This document shows positions 23,354 through 36,513 of a stretch of DNA of 64,000 nucleotides, piece after piece. The notes beneath the pieces are model-generated. The model was given only the letters and a program-made list of their open reading frames with translations. It did no database searches and was not told the origin of the DNA. Within the stretch, counting starts at the first letter, position 1; every line of letters begins with the position of its first letter. Location: assembly GCA_964016885.1 (NCBI GenBank), contig OZ024744.1:93372001-93436000 (forward strand). Direction: 5' to 3'. The position numbers were made by a program, and so were the translations under genes. Source of the stretch: Eledone cirrhosa. Its lineage: Eukaryota.

Positions 23354-24290
23354 ACAAGGTTTACCTGGTCCTTGGAGGCAGATCTTCTGACAGGCTCAGT
23401 TGTGCAAAAGACTTACATTTTACATAGTAAAGAATTCGCTAGCTGTCTACTGAAGACTTAATGCTTTTGATACCAAACTGTCTGAAACTGCCTCTATAGC
23501 TCTATAGCTCGGACATCAGAGTCTCTCCAGGTAGAACCACTACTTCTCTGAATTGAGAGATCACAGCTCTGACGCTAAAATGTGGTGGGGAGGGACGGTA
23601 AGGAAGATGGAAGAAGAAGAAGAAGAAGAAGAAGAAGAAGAAGAATCATCATCATCATCATCATCATCATCTTCTTATTATTATTATTATTGTACTCGAG
23701 AAATGTCAGATATATTTTCAGAGCCAAGTATTTGGAGAAATCAATCAGATTGGATTTAATTTCATGACACACTATTGGATTATTGATTAAGTATTACAGC
23801 TATGAACATTCCATGTTTTCATTCAATTGTCTCAACAAACAGTTTGGGTTTAGTTGAATATGATCTGGGCGAAATTTAGCTACTATTTCTAGCTGATCTT
23901 ATGAGTGGAATTTGGTAACTAGTGGAACATGCTGGGGACACTCTAGCCTCTCCCCCTCCCCTATCTTAATACCCCACTCACACCTGGTAAATATCCAACA
24001 ATTGATGTCGAACTGCCCCCTCTCCCCAGCCCTGATACACCTCACCTGCACAGCCAATGAAAGCTGGACACACTCGACATCTGACCTCCCACAATACTGT
24101 GTCATGACAAAAAGCACAAAGTCCACCCTCGTATGCTGATACATCGCCAGAACAACAAAAACACCCACCCAGCCTATCATGTAAGGTGATTGCGATGGTG
24201 TCATGAGAAAAAACACCCTGTTCATACTGTAAGGTGGTTATACTGGTGATGCAACAAACAGTGCCCAGTCTACACTGTTAATTCCTCATA

Positions 24291-26335
24291 TTGGTGATAC
24301 AAAGAAAAGGGTCCAGTTCACTCCATGAGGTAATTGTGATGGTGACACAAGAAAAAGGGGCTAGTCTACCCCATAAGGTAATTGTGATGGTGATACAAGA
24401 AAAAGGGTCCAGTTCACCCCATAAGGTAATTGTGATGGTGACACAAGAAAAAGGGTCCAGTCCACTCCATAAGGTAATTGTGGTGGTGACACAAGAAAAA
24501 GTACGCAGTCTACCCCATAAGGTAATTGTGGTGGTGACACAAGAAAAAGGGTCCAGTCCACCCCATAAGGTAATTGTGATGGTGACACAAGAAAAAGGGT
24601 CCAGTCCACTCCATAAGGTAATTGTGATGGTGACACAAGAAAAAGGGTCCAGTCCACTCCATAAGGTAATTGTGATGGTGACACAAGAAAAAGGCCCAGT
24701 CTACCCCATAAGGTAATTGTGATGGTGACACAAGAAAAAGGGTCCAGTCCACTCCATAAGGTAATTGTGATGGTGACACAAGAAAAAGGGTCCAGTCCAC
24801 TCCATAAGGTAATTGTGATGGTGACACAAGAAAAAGGCCCAGTCTACCCCATAAGGTAATTGTGATGGTGACACAAGAAAAAGGGTCCAGTCCACTCCAT
24901 AAGGTAATTGTGATGGTGACACAAGAAAAAGTATCCAGTCCACCCCATAAGGTAATTGTGATGGTGACACAAGAAAAAGTACCCAGTCTACCCCATAAGG
25001 TAATTGTGATGGTGACACAAGAAAAAGTACCCAGTCTACCCTATAAGGTAATTGTGATGGTGACACAAGAAAAAGTACCCAGTCTACCCCATAAGGTAAT
25101 TGTGATGGTGACACAAGAAAAAGTACCCAGTCTACCCTATAAGGTAATTGTGGTGGTGACACAAGAAAAAGTACCCAGTCTACCCCATAAGGTAATTGTG
25201 ATAGTGACACAAGAAAAAGTACCCAGTCTACCCCATAAGGTAATTGTGATGGTGACACAAGAAAAAGGGTCCAGTCCACCCCATAAGGTAATTGTGATGG
25301 TGACACAAGAAAAAGTACCCAGTCTACCCTATAAGGTAATTGTGGTGGTAACACAAGAAAAAGTACCCAGTCTACCCCATAAGGTAATTGTGATGGTGAC
25401 ACAAGAACAAGTATCCAGTCCACCCCATAAGGTAATTGTGATGGTGACACAAGAAAAAGGGTCCAGTCTACCCCATAAGGTAATTGTGGTGGTGACACAA
25501 GAAAAAGTACCCAGTCTACCCCATAAGGTAATTGTGATGGTGACACAAGAAAAAGTATCCAGTCCACCCCATAAGGTAATTGTGATGGTGACACAAGAAA
25601 AAGTATCCAGTCCACCCCATAAGGTAATTGTGATGGTGACACAAGAAAAAGTACCCAGTCTACCCATAAGGTAATTGTGATGGTGACACAAGAAAAAGTA
25701 TCCAGTCCACCCCATAAGGTAATTGTGATGGTGACACAAGAAAAAGGGTCCAGTCCACTCCATAAGGTAATTGTGATGGTGACACAAGAAAAAGGGTCCA
25801 GTCTACCCCATAAGGTAATTGTGGTGGTGACACAAGAAAAAGTATCCAGTCCACCCCATAAGGTAATTGTGATGGTGACACAAGAAAAAGTACCCAGTCT
25901 ACCCTATAAGGTAATTGTGGTGGTGACACAAGAAAAAGTACCCAGTCTACCCCATAAGGTAATTGTGATGGTGACACAAGAAAAAGTATCCAGTCCACCC
26001 CATAAGGTAATTGTGATGGTGACACAAGAAAAAGTATCCAGTCCACCCCATAAGGTAATTGTGATGGTGACACAAGAAAAAGTACCCAGTCTACCCCATA
26101 AGGTAATTGTGGTGGTGACACAAGAAAAAGTACCCAGTCCACCCCATAAGGTAATTGTGATGGTGACACAAGAAAAAGTACCCAGTCTACCCCATAAGGT
26201 AATTGTGGTGGTGACACAAGAAAAAGTACCCAGTCCACCCCATAAGGTAATTGTGGTGGTGACACAAGGAAAAGGGTTCAGTCAATCCCATAAGGTAATT
26301 GTGATGGTGACACAAGAAAAAGGGCTCAGTTCACA
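24291..26335. repeat. 48 bp minisatellite (~42 units) expanded inside a SINE/LINE 3' UTR
   Basis: Unit is ccataaggtaattgtgatggtgacacaagaaaaagtacccagtctacc. It grades into diverged units on both sides and then into gggcatc..gctgtagaaacc...gcgtggaaaatggac(gat)n at 26455-26610. Confidence 0.95.
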
Positions 26336-26604
26336 TTGTAAAGTGGTTGTGTTGGCGACACAAAAAAAAACCCCATCCATTCCAGACTTTAAGGTGGTCA
26401 TGTTGGTGACATGATAACAAGCACCTAGTTCACACTGTAACATGGTTGACAATAGGGAGGGCATCTAGCCAGCTGTAGAAACCAAGCCAAAATACAGATC
26501 TGTATAAACAAGAAGTGGTCTGAACTGGTCTGAACTGGCCTGAACTGTCTCATAACATGACAACCTGTCGAATCCATGTAAGCGTGGAAAATGGACATCA
26601 AATA

Positions 26605-26638
26605 ACAATGATGATGATGATGATGATGATGGTGGTGG

Positions 26639-26679
<41 letters not shown>

Positions 26680-27842
26680 GCAATGATGATGATGATGATG
26701 TTGGCGACGACGGTGATGATTGTGATGATAACGATGTTGGTGATGTTGTTGATGATGATGATGGTGATGGTGATGATGGTGATGATGTTGATGATGATGG
26801 CGAGGATGATGATGGTGATGATGATGATGATGATGATGGTGGTGGTGATGGTGATGATGATGGTGATGATGATGGTGGTGGTGATGGTGATGATGATGAT
26901 GATATGATGGTGATGATGATGATGATGACGATATGATGACGATGATGGTAATGATAATGATGATGATGATGGTGATGGTGATGATGGGGATGGTGATGGT
27001 GAGGGTGATGGCAATGATGACGATGATGGTGATGATGACGACAATGACGATGACAATGACAATGATGACGATGATGATGATGGTGATGATGGTGATGATG
27101 ATGATGATGATGATGATGATGGTGGTTATGATGATGATGGTGGTTATGATGATGATGGTGGTGATGATGATGATGACAAGGGATTATCCCAGTTTTTGAG
27201 TGTTAGACTTGATCTGTTGTCTTCTGATTTAACACCACCACACTGGTCCTTAGACACTTTCAGTAAAGTCCACTCTGTTGCTAACGACTAGAACCTCCCT
27301 CACCACCACCACCACTACCACCACCACCATTACCATCATTACCACCACCACCTCCACCATCACCCCCCCCCCCCCCCCCACTACCACCACTACAACCATT
27401 ACCATCATTACCACCACCACCACCACCACCATCACCACCACCATCATCACCACCATCATCACCACCATCACCACCACCATCATCGCCACCATCACCACCA
27501 CCATCACCATCACTACCACCACTACCATTACCATCACTACCACCACCACCATTACCATCATTACCACCACCACCACCATCACCACCACCATCATCACAAC
27601 CATCACCACCACCATCACCATCACTACCACCACCACCATCACCATCACTACCACCACCACCATTACCATCATTACCACCACCATCACCATCACCACCACC
27701 ATCATCACCACCACCACCATCACCATCACCATCACCACCATCACCATCACTACCACCACCACCATTACCATCATCACCACCACCATCACCATCACTACCA
27801 CCATTACCATCACCATCACCACCATCACCACCACTACCCCCA
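26605..27842. repeat. (GAT/GGT)n tract followed by a complementary-type (CAC/CAT)n tract
   Basis: 26605-27177 is gat/ggt-rich; 27300-27842 is cac/cat-rich. Confidence 0.9.
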
Positions 27843-28074
27843 CCCAATTGATAAAGCTGTCAAGTTCCGTCAGAAACACCTCACCAATATTTCATTAATC
27901 TCTGACAACATTCAATGTATTAGCAAACAGACCAAAATCAACACCTGAATATTTACAAGCTGGGTGATGGGGATATGGTATGTGTGTGTGTGTGTGTATG
28001 TGTCTGTGTGTGTGTGTGTGGGGGGGGGGGGGTCAATATTGATCCCCCCTCCCCCTGCCCCCACACAAATAAAG

Positions 28075-28380
28075 AAAAGAACCCCCCGAAAAGCCCGAAA
28101 GACATTAAAAACTATAGAACTATAACTTGTTTGCCAACAACACACAAGTCCCTTCTTTACATCTATATACCCTATAACAAGTTAGTTGTTCACATAGAAA
28201 GCAATGATACTTTATAAGAGGGGTGGAATTGGTGTAGGATAGAGGTGTAAAAAGAATTTATGGGTGAATCAGGTAAATATTCAAGACACTAAGAAGAAGA
28301 GTAAAAAAAAAAAAAAAAAAAAAAAAGTATTGCCATAACTTGAATTGATTACCGAAAAGTATTTGATAGCAAACAAACAT
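28075..28380 (+). mobile_element. Highly degraded LINE RT fragment (R4-like)
   Basis: KNYRTITCLPT resembles NYRPITCLP, followed by remnants resembling G.RGCK..L and WIDY.K.FDS. Confidence 0.6.
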
Positions 28381-28407
28381 TTTTGAGTACTGGAGACCTT
28401 GAGACAT

Positions 28408-28635
28408 ACAAGGATGAACTGAAAAGTTGATAGGCTGACTAACTAAGAAGGTGTGATGTTAAAGCTGTGAAATCTTGCATGCAATGCATTAATTTCAATT
28501 CAACTCTTCTTACTAATAACTGCGTTGTTTCTTTCCAGGAACTATGTTAAAAAATAAGCCATTTTTTTAATTTTTATCATTCCATGAGAGTATCTTAGTC
28601 AGCCTATGAACTATGAACTTTTCAATCCACCCTCA
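28408..28635. mobile_element. Tc1/mariner-type MITE
   Basis: acaaggatgaactgaaaagttgataggctgac ... gtcagcctatgaac..ttttcaatccaccctc. Same family as 3367 and 6157. Confidence 0.7.
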
Positions 28636-29611
28636 TTTGAGCCTAAAACTAGTTGTGGAAATGGCAAGAGCTTAGCCATCAGGGCCCTCACTCTTTATAA
28701 TATAACCATACTCAATTAACCCAAGTATCAAGTACTCTGGTGAGTAATTGTCTAACCAGTGGTGGTGGTGGTGGTGGTAATGGTGGTGATGATGGATGGT
28801 GGCGATAATGTTGATGATGGTGATGGTGATGGTGATGGAGATGATGATAATGATGATGATGGTGGTGATGGTGATGAGTATGATGATTATGATAATGTTG
28901 TTGATGTTGATGATGATGATGATGATGTTGATGATGTTGATGCTAACCATCCCAGTTATAAACAACAGCTTCAATATAGTAAATTGAAACTTATGTAAAT
29001 TGAAATGTTTAAATGGGATAATTAATGTATTGAAGCTACCATCCCAAAGCTGATGACATACAGTAGATAGAATACATCTACTATGTATACAGAGGGGATC
29101 AAGTCTAATACAAATAGCCGACTGTAATATAATAGTAATGGTTTTTTAAAAAACAATTATAAGAAAGCAAAGATGAACTGATTAGGAAGAGAAAAAACCA
29201 AAAAAAACAATAACAACTTAATGATGAAATAAAATTAAAAGTTAGCTACAAAATCAAAATAAAACTTAAAAATATATATAAAATAAATAACAGAGAAAAA
29301 ACGCACTGCATGGCCAATACTGCACAAGAGTCAAGGAAATGAGTCAGTCTGAAAGCCAACAATGGCTCAAAAGCATTGGATTAGATCATCTGTTGTTAGC
29401 TATCAAGACACTGCATCCATTAAAAGCTCCATGCTTTCTGAAATTCGACAACACTGCACCTGATATCCCTCTCCATACACACGCACACATGTATATACAC
29501 ACTGTTTATTTCCTTGACATTTGTACATTATTCTATGTACTATACATGCACCTTTGATGAGTTGTAGTTCACCTGAGCACTGTACACAATAATTTCATTA
29601 TTATTATTAGA

Positions 29612-32600
29612 TGTATCGGTAGAGGGTCGGACGCCATGCTTTCCAGCATAGTTACTTCCCTTTACGATCTGAGTTCAAATCCCGCCGAGGTTGACTTTGC
29701 CTTTCATCCTTACGGGGTCGATAAAATAAAGTACCAGTAATGCACTGGGTAATTGCTGGCCTTGTGCCTAAAGTAGAAACAATTATTATTATTAGATGTA
29801 AAAATGGAAGGTCTGATTTTAGCTGTACTGGATCAATGTTCAGTCATATAAAACTATAAAAACAAAATAATTGTTTCTACTTTAGGCACAAGGCCAGCAA
29901 TTTGAAGGGGGAGGGGAAAGTTGATTAAATTGACCCCAGTACATTACTGGTACTTTATTTTATCCACCTCATAAGGATGAAAGGTAAAGCTGACCTCGGC
30001 AGGATTTGAACTCAGAATGTAAAGTGCCATTACTCTATGCTGACACTCTACCAATAATAATGATAATAATAATTGTTTATACTTTTGGCACAAGGCCATC
30101 AATTACCCCAGTGCATTACTGGTACTTTATTTTATCGACCCCCGTAAGGATGAAAGGCAAAGTTAACCTCTGCAGGATTTGAACTCAGACCGTAAAGGAC
30201 CGTAACTCTATGCCACAATGTATGTTGTCTGACACTCTACCGATACTAAACAAAATAATGAAACAAGAAGTTATCACCAACTGCATACTATACAATGAAC
30301 ACATTCAAGCAATGATTCATCATCATCATCATCATCATCATCAAGGGCGGTGGATTGGCAGTATCGGTAGAGGGTCGGACGCCATGCTTTGCAGCAAAGA
30401 GTTACGGCCCTTTATGGTCTGAGTTCAAATCCTGCCGAGGTTAACTTTGCCTTTCATCCTTACACGGTCGATAAAATAAAGTACCAGTAATGTACTGGGG
30501 TCGATTTAATCGACTTTCCCCTCTCCCCAAATTACTGGTCTTGTGCCTATACTAGAAATCATTAGAGGGTCGGACGCCAAGCTTTCCAGCAGAGTTACAT
30601 CCCTTTGCAGTCTCAGTTCAAATCCCGCCGAGGTTAACTTTGCCTTTCATCCTTACGGGGTCGATAAAATAAAGTACCAGTAATACACTGGGATAATTGC
30701 TGGCCTTGTGCCAAAAGTAGAAACAATTATCATCATCATCATCATCATCACTACTTAACCTTAATTTTTCCACACTGGCATAGGTTAGATGAATTGTCCT
30801 CAGAGAAGTCAAACTAGATGACCATGTCTTGCTATACAGAACTGTTCTGGCTTGATTTCTACAGCTGGATGCCCTTCCTAATGCCAATCACACTTACAGT
30901 TTGGACTGGGTCCTTTCTATCGCCGTGTCACCAACATGACCACTTCAGTGTGGTCTGGGTGCTTTTTGTTGTGACACCTACACAACCACTTTACAGTGTG
31001 TACTTGGTGCTTTTTGTCATGACACCTACATGATCACTTTACAGTTTGGACTGGATGCCTTTTGTTATGACCATCTACACAACCACTTTACAGTGTGTAC
31101 TGGGTGCTTTTTGTCATGACACCTACATGACCACTTTACAGTGTGGGATGGGCACTTTTTGTTGTGACACCTACAGGACCACTTTACAGTGTGGAAATAT
31201 GGCTGAGGTGGAAAAAAAAATTAAAACAAGAAATATTTGAAAAATGTTTTTTTTTTTAATAAGGGGAGAAAAAAATTAATAAGGGGAGAAAAAAATTTGG
31301 AAACAAATTTCTCACTTTGATTTTTAATAATGCTTTCTTATATAGGCATAAGGCCATCACTTTTAGGGGAGGGGAAAGTCGATTAAATCAACCCCAGTAC
31401 GTGACTGGTATTTATTTTACCGACCCCATAAGAATGAAAGGCAAAGATAACCTCAGCGGGATTTGAACTCAGATCATAAAGGGTCTTAACTCTATACTGC
31501 AAAGCATGTTGTCCGACCCTCTACCAATACTGCCAATCCACAGCCCTACTTTGCTTTTTAATAATCCCACATGTTATGGCATCAAAATAATCACCTAATT
31601 TTTTAAAAATAACTATCGAGAAAATGTAATCTAAAGCCAGATAACATGTAAACACATCTTGTCAGGACAGGAAACCTTAATAGCCACAACAACAACTACA
31701 GCCTTTACAACAACCATTGTAACAACAACTACAGCCATAACAGCAACAATCATTACAACAACAACTATAACAACAACAACCAAAACAACAACAACCATAA
31801 TGACAACCACCATTACAACAACAACCATTACAACAACTATCATTACAACAACAACTACAGCCATTACAACAACAACCATAACAACTACAGCCATAACAGC
31901 AACAATCATTACAACAACAACTATAACAACAACAACCAAAACAACAACAACCATAATGACAACCACCATTAGAACAACAACCATTACAACAACAATCATT
32001 ACAACAACAACTACAGCCATTACAACAACAACCATAACAACTACAGCCATAACAACAACAACCATTACAACAACAACCATAACAACAACAACCAAAACAA
32101 CAACAACCATTACAACAACAACCATTACAACAACAATCATTACAACAACAACTACAGCCATTACAACAACAACCATAACAACTACAGCCATAACAACAAC
32201 AACCATTACAACAACAACCATAACAACAACAATCATTGTGAAAACAACCATTACAACAACAACCATTACAGCAACAATCATAACAACAACAACCAAAATA
32301 ACAACAACCATAATGACAACAACCATTACAACAACAAACATTACAACAACAACCATTACAGCAAGAACCAAAACAACAACAACCATAATGACAACCATTA
32401 CAACAACAACCATAACAACAACAACCAAAACAACAACAACGATTACAGCAACAACCATAACAACAACAACCATAACTACAGCAACATCTACAACACCAAC
32501 CTTAGCAAGTACAACAACAAACATAAGAACAACAACAACTATAACAATCACAACAACAACAGAAGCAAGTTTACTTGATTAGATATTGTTGTCAAGGTCA

Positions 32601-33022
32601 ACAAAGAAAAAAAAAATATTTCTTGATCGAAGCTTTACTCCCAACAAAGGATAATTGCTTCTGCAATTACCCAGTACATTACTGGTACTTTATTTTATCG
32701 ACCCCCGTAAGGATGAAAGGCAAAGTTAACCTCGACGGGATTTGAACTCAGACCATAAAGGGACGTAACTATGTTGGACGGCATGGCGTCCGACCCTCTA
32801 CCGATACTGCCAATTCACTCCCAACAAATGATAGTGTGTCTCTCAAAGGCCAGCAATTACTCCCAGTACATTACTGGTACTTTATTTTATCGACCCCCCC
32901 ATAAGGACGAAAAGCAAAGTAAACCTCAGTGGAATTTGAACAAAGACCGCAAAGGGCCGCAACTCTATGCTGCAAGGCATGGCGTCCGACCCTTTATTGA
33001 TACTGCTAATCCAGCGCCCTTA
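29612..33022. mobile_element. Dense cluster of at least 8 tRNA-SINE copies in both orientations, plus an RTE-tail/SINE piece (30730-31195) and an (ACA)n-type tract (31680-32560)
   Basis: Motif ctgagttcaaatcccgccgaggttaactttgcctttcatccttacggggtcgataaaataaagtaccagtaatg. Plus-strand copies at ~29612, 30344 and 30564; minus-strand copies at ~29868, 30070, 31330, 32660 and 32845. Confidence 0.85.
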
Positions 33023-33119
33023 TAATAGGAATGATTAATAAAACATTTAAAGAAATGCATAACCAAAAGACCAGAATAAATATGGCAGTTCATTAAATAC
33101 TTTCGTTAGTGGACATGCT

Positions 33120-33810
33120 ATATCCTCCTTCTCTTCCTCCTACTCTGCCCCTTCCTCTTCACCATCATCGTCACCATCACTGTTCCCCTCCTCCTTCTCC
33201 TTCTCTTCCTCCTACTCCACCCCTTCCTCTTCACCATCATCGTCACCATCATCATGATCGTCATCACCATCACTGTTCCTCTCCTCCTTCTCCTTCTCCT
33301 CCTTCTCCTCCTCATCACCATAACCCCCCTATCCTCCCCCTCCCCATCATCATCATCATCATCATCCACATCACCACCACCACCACCACCACCACCATCA
33401 TCTTCATCATCACCCCCCCCCCCCCCCCTCCCCCGCAATCATCATCATCACCATCACCTTCATCCTCAGCCTCTTCTTCATCATCATCACCATCACCGCA
33501 ACAATCACTATCACCACCACAGTACCCCACCTCCTCCTCTTCCTCCTCCTCCTCCTCTTCATCATCATCATCACCACCGCCATCACCACCGCCACCACCA
33601 CCACCACCACCACCACCGCCACCATCATCATCATCAGCATCACCACCACCACCACCACCACCACCACCACCACCACCACCACCACCACCACCACCACCAC
33701 CACCACAATCATCATCATCACCATCACCACCTTCCTCCTCCTCGTCCTCCTCCTCCTCCGCCTCACCACCATCATCATCATCATCATCATCATTGTCATC
33801 ATCATTATTC
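33120..33810. repeat. (CAT/CAC/CCT)n low-complexity tract
   Basis: Direct reading. It abuts the minus-strand RTE/SINE 3' end at 33810-33970, so it is probably an expanded tail. Confidence 0.85.
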
Positions 33811-35230
33811 TCCATCTTCGACGCTAGCATGGGTAGGACGGGCTGTCCCTTTGTGGACTGGGTGCTTTTTGTCATGACACCTACATGACCACTTTATAGT
33901 GTGGGCTGGGTGCTTTTTGTCACGACACCTACATGGCCATTATAATGTGGCCTGGGCTCTTTTGTCATGGCTCCAAGGGGGGATCACTTTATAACCCCTC
34001 ATCCTCCTCTTCATCATCGTCATCATCATTCTTATCTGCACCACCACCATTATCTTCATCATCATAATTTCGTGTTCGATTTCCTTTCTACATATTAAGG
34101 GATGGATGGGTTGTCACAGAGCAAGTCAGTACTCAAGCAGAGCTACTGACCTCTAAGATGGACCAGGTGCCTATATCATGTATACATACATTTTCACATA
34201 CTGCTGAATGCTCAGAGTGACTGGGGGTCTCTACATCTCATTAATATACATTCCCGCATTCTTCCAAGTACATTTTATTATGACACCAACACTAGGGAGG
34301 TTGTTATGCCTTTCATATGACTGAAGAAAATCTTCTACAAGTATAGCAGGATACTCATCCTATCACCAACCACTTTAAAGAGTGGACTAGGTACATCTTT
34401 CATGGCACCAACACTAGAAAGGTTGTTGTACCCCTGGCGCAACTGAAGGGTCTTCTCCACCTTTTTTTGACATGGTTTCTACAACTGAATGCCTCCTCAT
34501 ATCACCAACCAACACTAGAGTGGTTGTTGGACCCCTAGCACAACTGAAGGGTCTTCTCAACACTTTTTTTTAGATGGTTTTTACAATTGGGTGCCTCCTC
34601 CTGTCACCAACCACTTTAAAGAGTATACTAGGGGCATTTTTTATGGTGCTGGTACTTGAGAGGTGCCGTGACTGAGAGGTCTTTCAACTATTTTTGGTAT
34701 GATTTCTATGGCTGGAAGTGGTGGGATGTGTTTTGGAGAGGGGATATGATGTGCGGGATAAGATGGAGGGAGGTAAAAAGGATAACAGGTTTGATGTCAT
34801 AGGTAAGTGACAAATTGATGCAACAAAGAAAAGGAAGATGACAAACAAGTATGTCATGGGGGGTATGACAAGAGAGGTGGGATTTGACAAGGTGATGACG
34901 AGAGATGGTGAGGGTGATCTCAAATAGAGATACAGTGACAATGAAGTTAATGAAGAGTTATGACAGGGGTGTTGGGATTTAAAAGGGGTGGGAGGGAGTG
35001 GACCTAGATAGAGTGGGAAGTGGGTACATTGATGGGGAGATTAGTTATTATGGTGTGATAGCAGAGGGGGCATGAATGGGTTCAGAACAAAAAAGAATCT
35101 ACTTTGACTTAACTGTAGAGTCAGCCCCCCTTCCACCACATAAAGAAGGTAAGTGATTCTTCCCTCTTCTCCTCCTCTTCTTCATCAAATATAGCCTTCC
35201 TTACACAGGATCAGCAGTTTAAATGCATGT

Positions 35231-35629
35231 AAGAAAGAACGTTGCACCTTAACCCTTTAGCATTTAAACCAGCCGTATCCGGCCAGAATTCTCTCACCTC
35301 TTTCTGTTCAAACCAACCACCCATACTGACATTAAGGTATTATTCTCAAAATAAATAATAACATCAGCAAAATCTTGTAGATTCCATATTATGTGAAATA
35401 AACCCTTAACCATGAAAATATAATAGTAGAATGAAATAAATGCTAACAGGTTAATACACAAGCTACAAATGTCCATGATATCTGGAACCTTCAAAATTTG
35501 TAAAACATTCTTACGATTCAAAGGAGGAACACTTACATAAGACACAGCGTCAATTTCCTTTTCTTTACAACCTTATCACCAGGAAGGTGGCCAGTCAAAG
35601 ATAAACTTAAAATTAAGAGAAAGAGAGAA
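35231..35629 (+). mobile_element. R4/Dong-like LINE 3' end, split by a TTAA MITE, followed by (CATA)n
   Basis: Removing 35253-35454 restores KKERCTLIHKLQMSMISGTFKICKTFLRFK. The 3' UTR caccaggaaggtggccagtcaaa...aattaagagaaagaga follows. Confidence 0.85.
35253..35450 (+). mobile_element. piggyBac-type MITE
   Basis: TTAA|ccctttagcattta...taaatgctaacagg|TTAA. The duplicated TTAA lies within the host LINE coding sequence. Confidence 0.85.
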
Positions 35630-35833
35630 CATACATACATACCTTCATACATACATACATACCTTCATACATACATACATACATACATACATACATACAT
35701 ACATACATACCTACATACCTTCATACATACATACATACATACATACATACATACATACATACCTTCATACATACATACATACATACATACATACATACAT
35801 ACATACATACATACATACCTTCATACATACATA

Positions 35834-36135
35834 CATGGTGGCTGCCAACTCGTTTTCGAGTACGGCCACTACTTTATATCCATGTAGGAGAACCCCTACT
35901 GATGCGCTGAACGAGTGTGACTTTTTAGTCCAGCCAGCGACTTGAAAACTCTGGTACAAACACTACACCTGTGACAGTTATTGACACATAGTGCTGGGCC
36001 CATGGTACCATGTGACGACAAGTGCAGGGAGATCTCCAGATATAAAGCATTGCCTGTGCCGTGAAGCTTTTATAGTGAGCAAAGGCACTGCACAAAGCCA
36101 GTCCCACTCTCTTAACCAAGATGATATTTACCAAA
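35834..36135 (-). mobile_element. Bipartite non-autonomous RTE derivative retaining the last C2H2 finger, with (TATG)n tail at 35630-35833
   Basis: The 5' part agagagtgggactgg...cactataaaagcttcacggcacaggca is RTE 5' UTR. 35967-35896 encodes CSVCTRVFKSLAGLKSHTRSAHQ*, homologous to the RTE C-terminus. It ends gtactcgaaaacgagttggcagccaccATG(TATG)n. Confidence 0.8.
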
Positions 36136-36167
36136 TATACATACATACATACATACATACATACATA

Positions 36168-36237
36168 CATGATGGCTGCCCCCTCGTTATCGAGTATGGC
36201 CATTGCACAATATAAAAAAAAAAAAAAAAAAAAAAAA

Positions 36238-36275
<38 letters not shown>

Positions 36276-36276
36276 T

Positions 36277-36313
<37 letters not shown>

Positions 36314-36321
36314 GGGAGAAG

Positions 36322-36354
<33 letters not shown>

Positions 36355-36476
36355 TATACATATATATATATATACACATATATATACACACACACATACA
36401 TACACATACATACATATATACACACACACATACATACACATACACTCACACATATATACACACATACATTAATAAC

Positions 36477-36513
<37 letters not shown>

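Noticed and set aside
16955-26335. CRISPR-like appearance of the regular 77-79, 60 and 48 bp arrays
   Set aside because: Units are contiguous with no unique spacers, there are no cas genes, and the context is eukaryotic.
24291-26414. Long ORFs with 16-aa repeats on both strands
   Set aside because: These follow from a stop-free 48 bp unit. Frames break at 47 bp units and the array derives from a retroelement UTR.
26465-33888. Poly-M/V/T/H/P ORFs
   Set aside because: Trinucleotide microsatellite artefacts.
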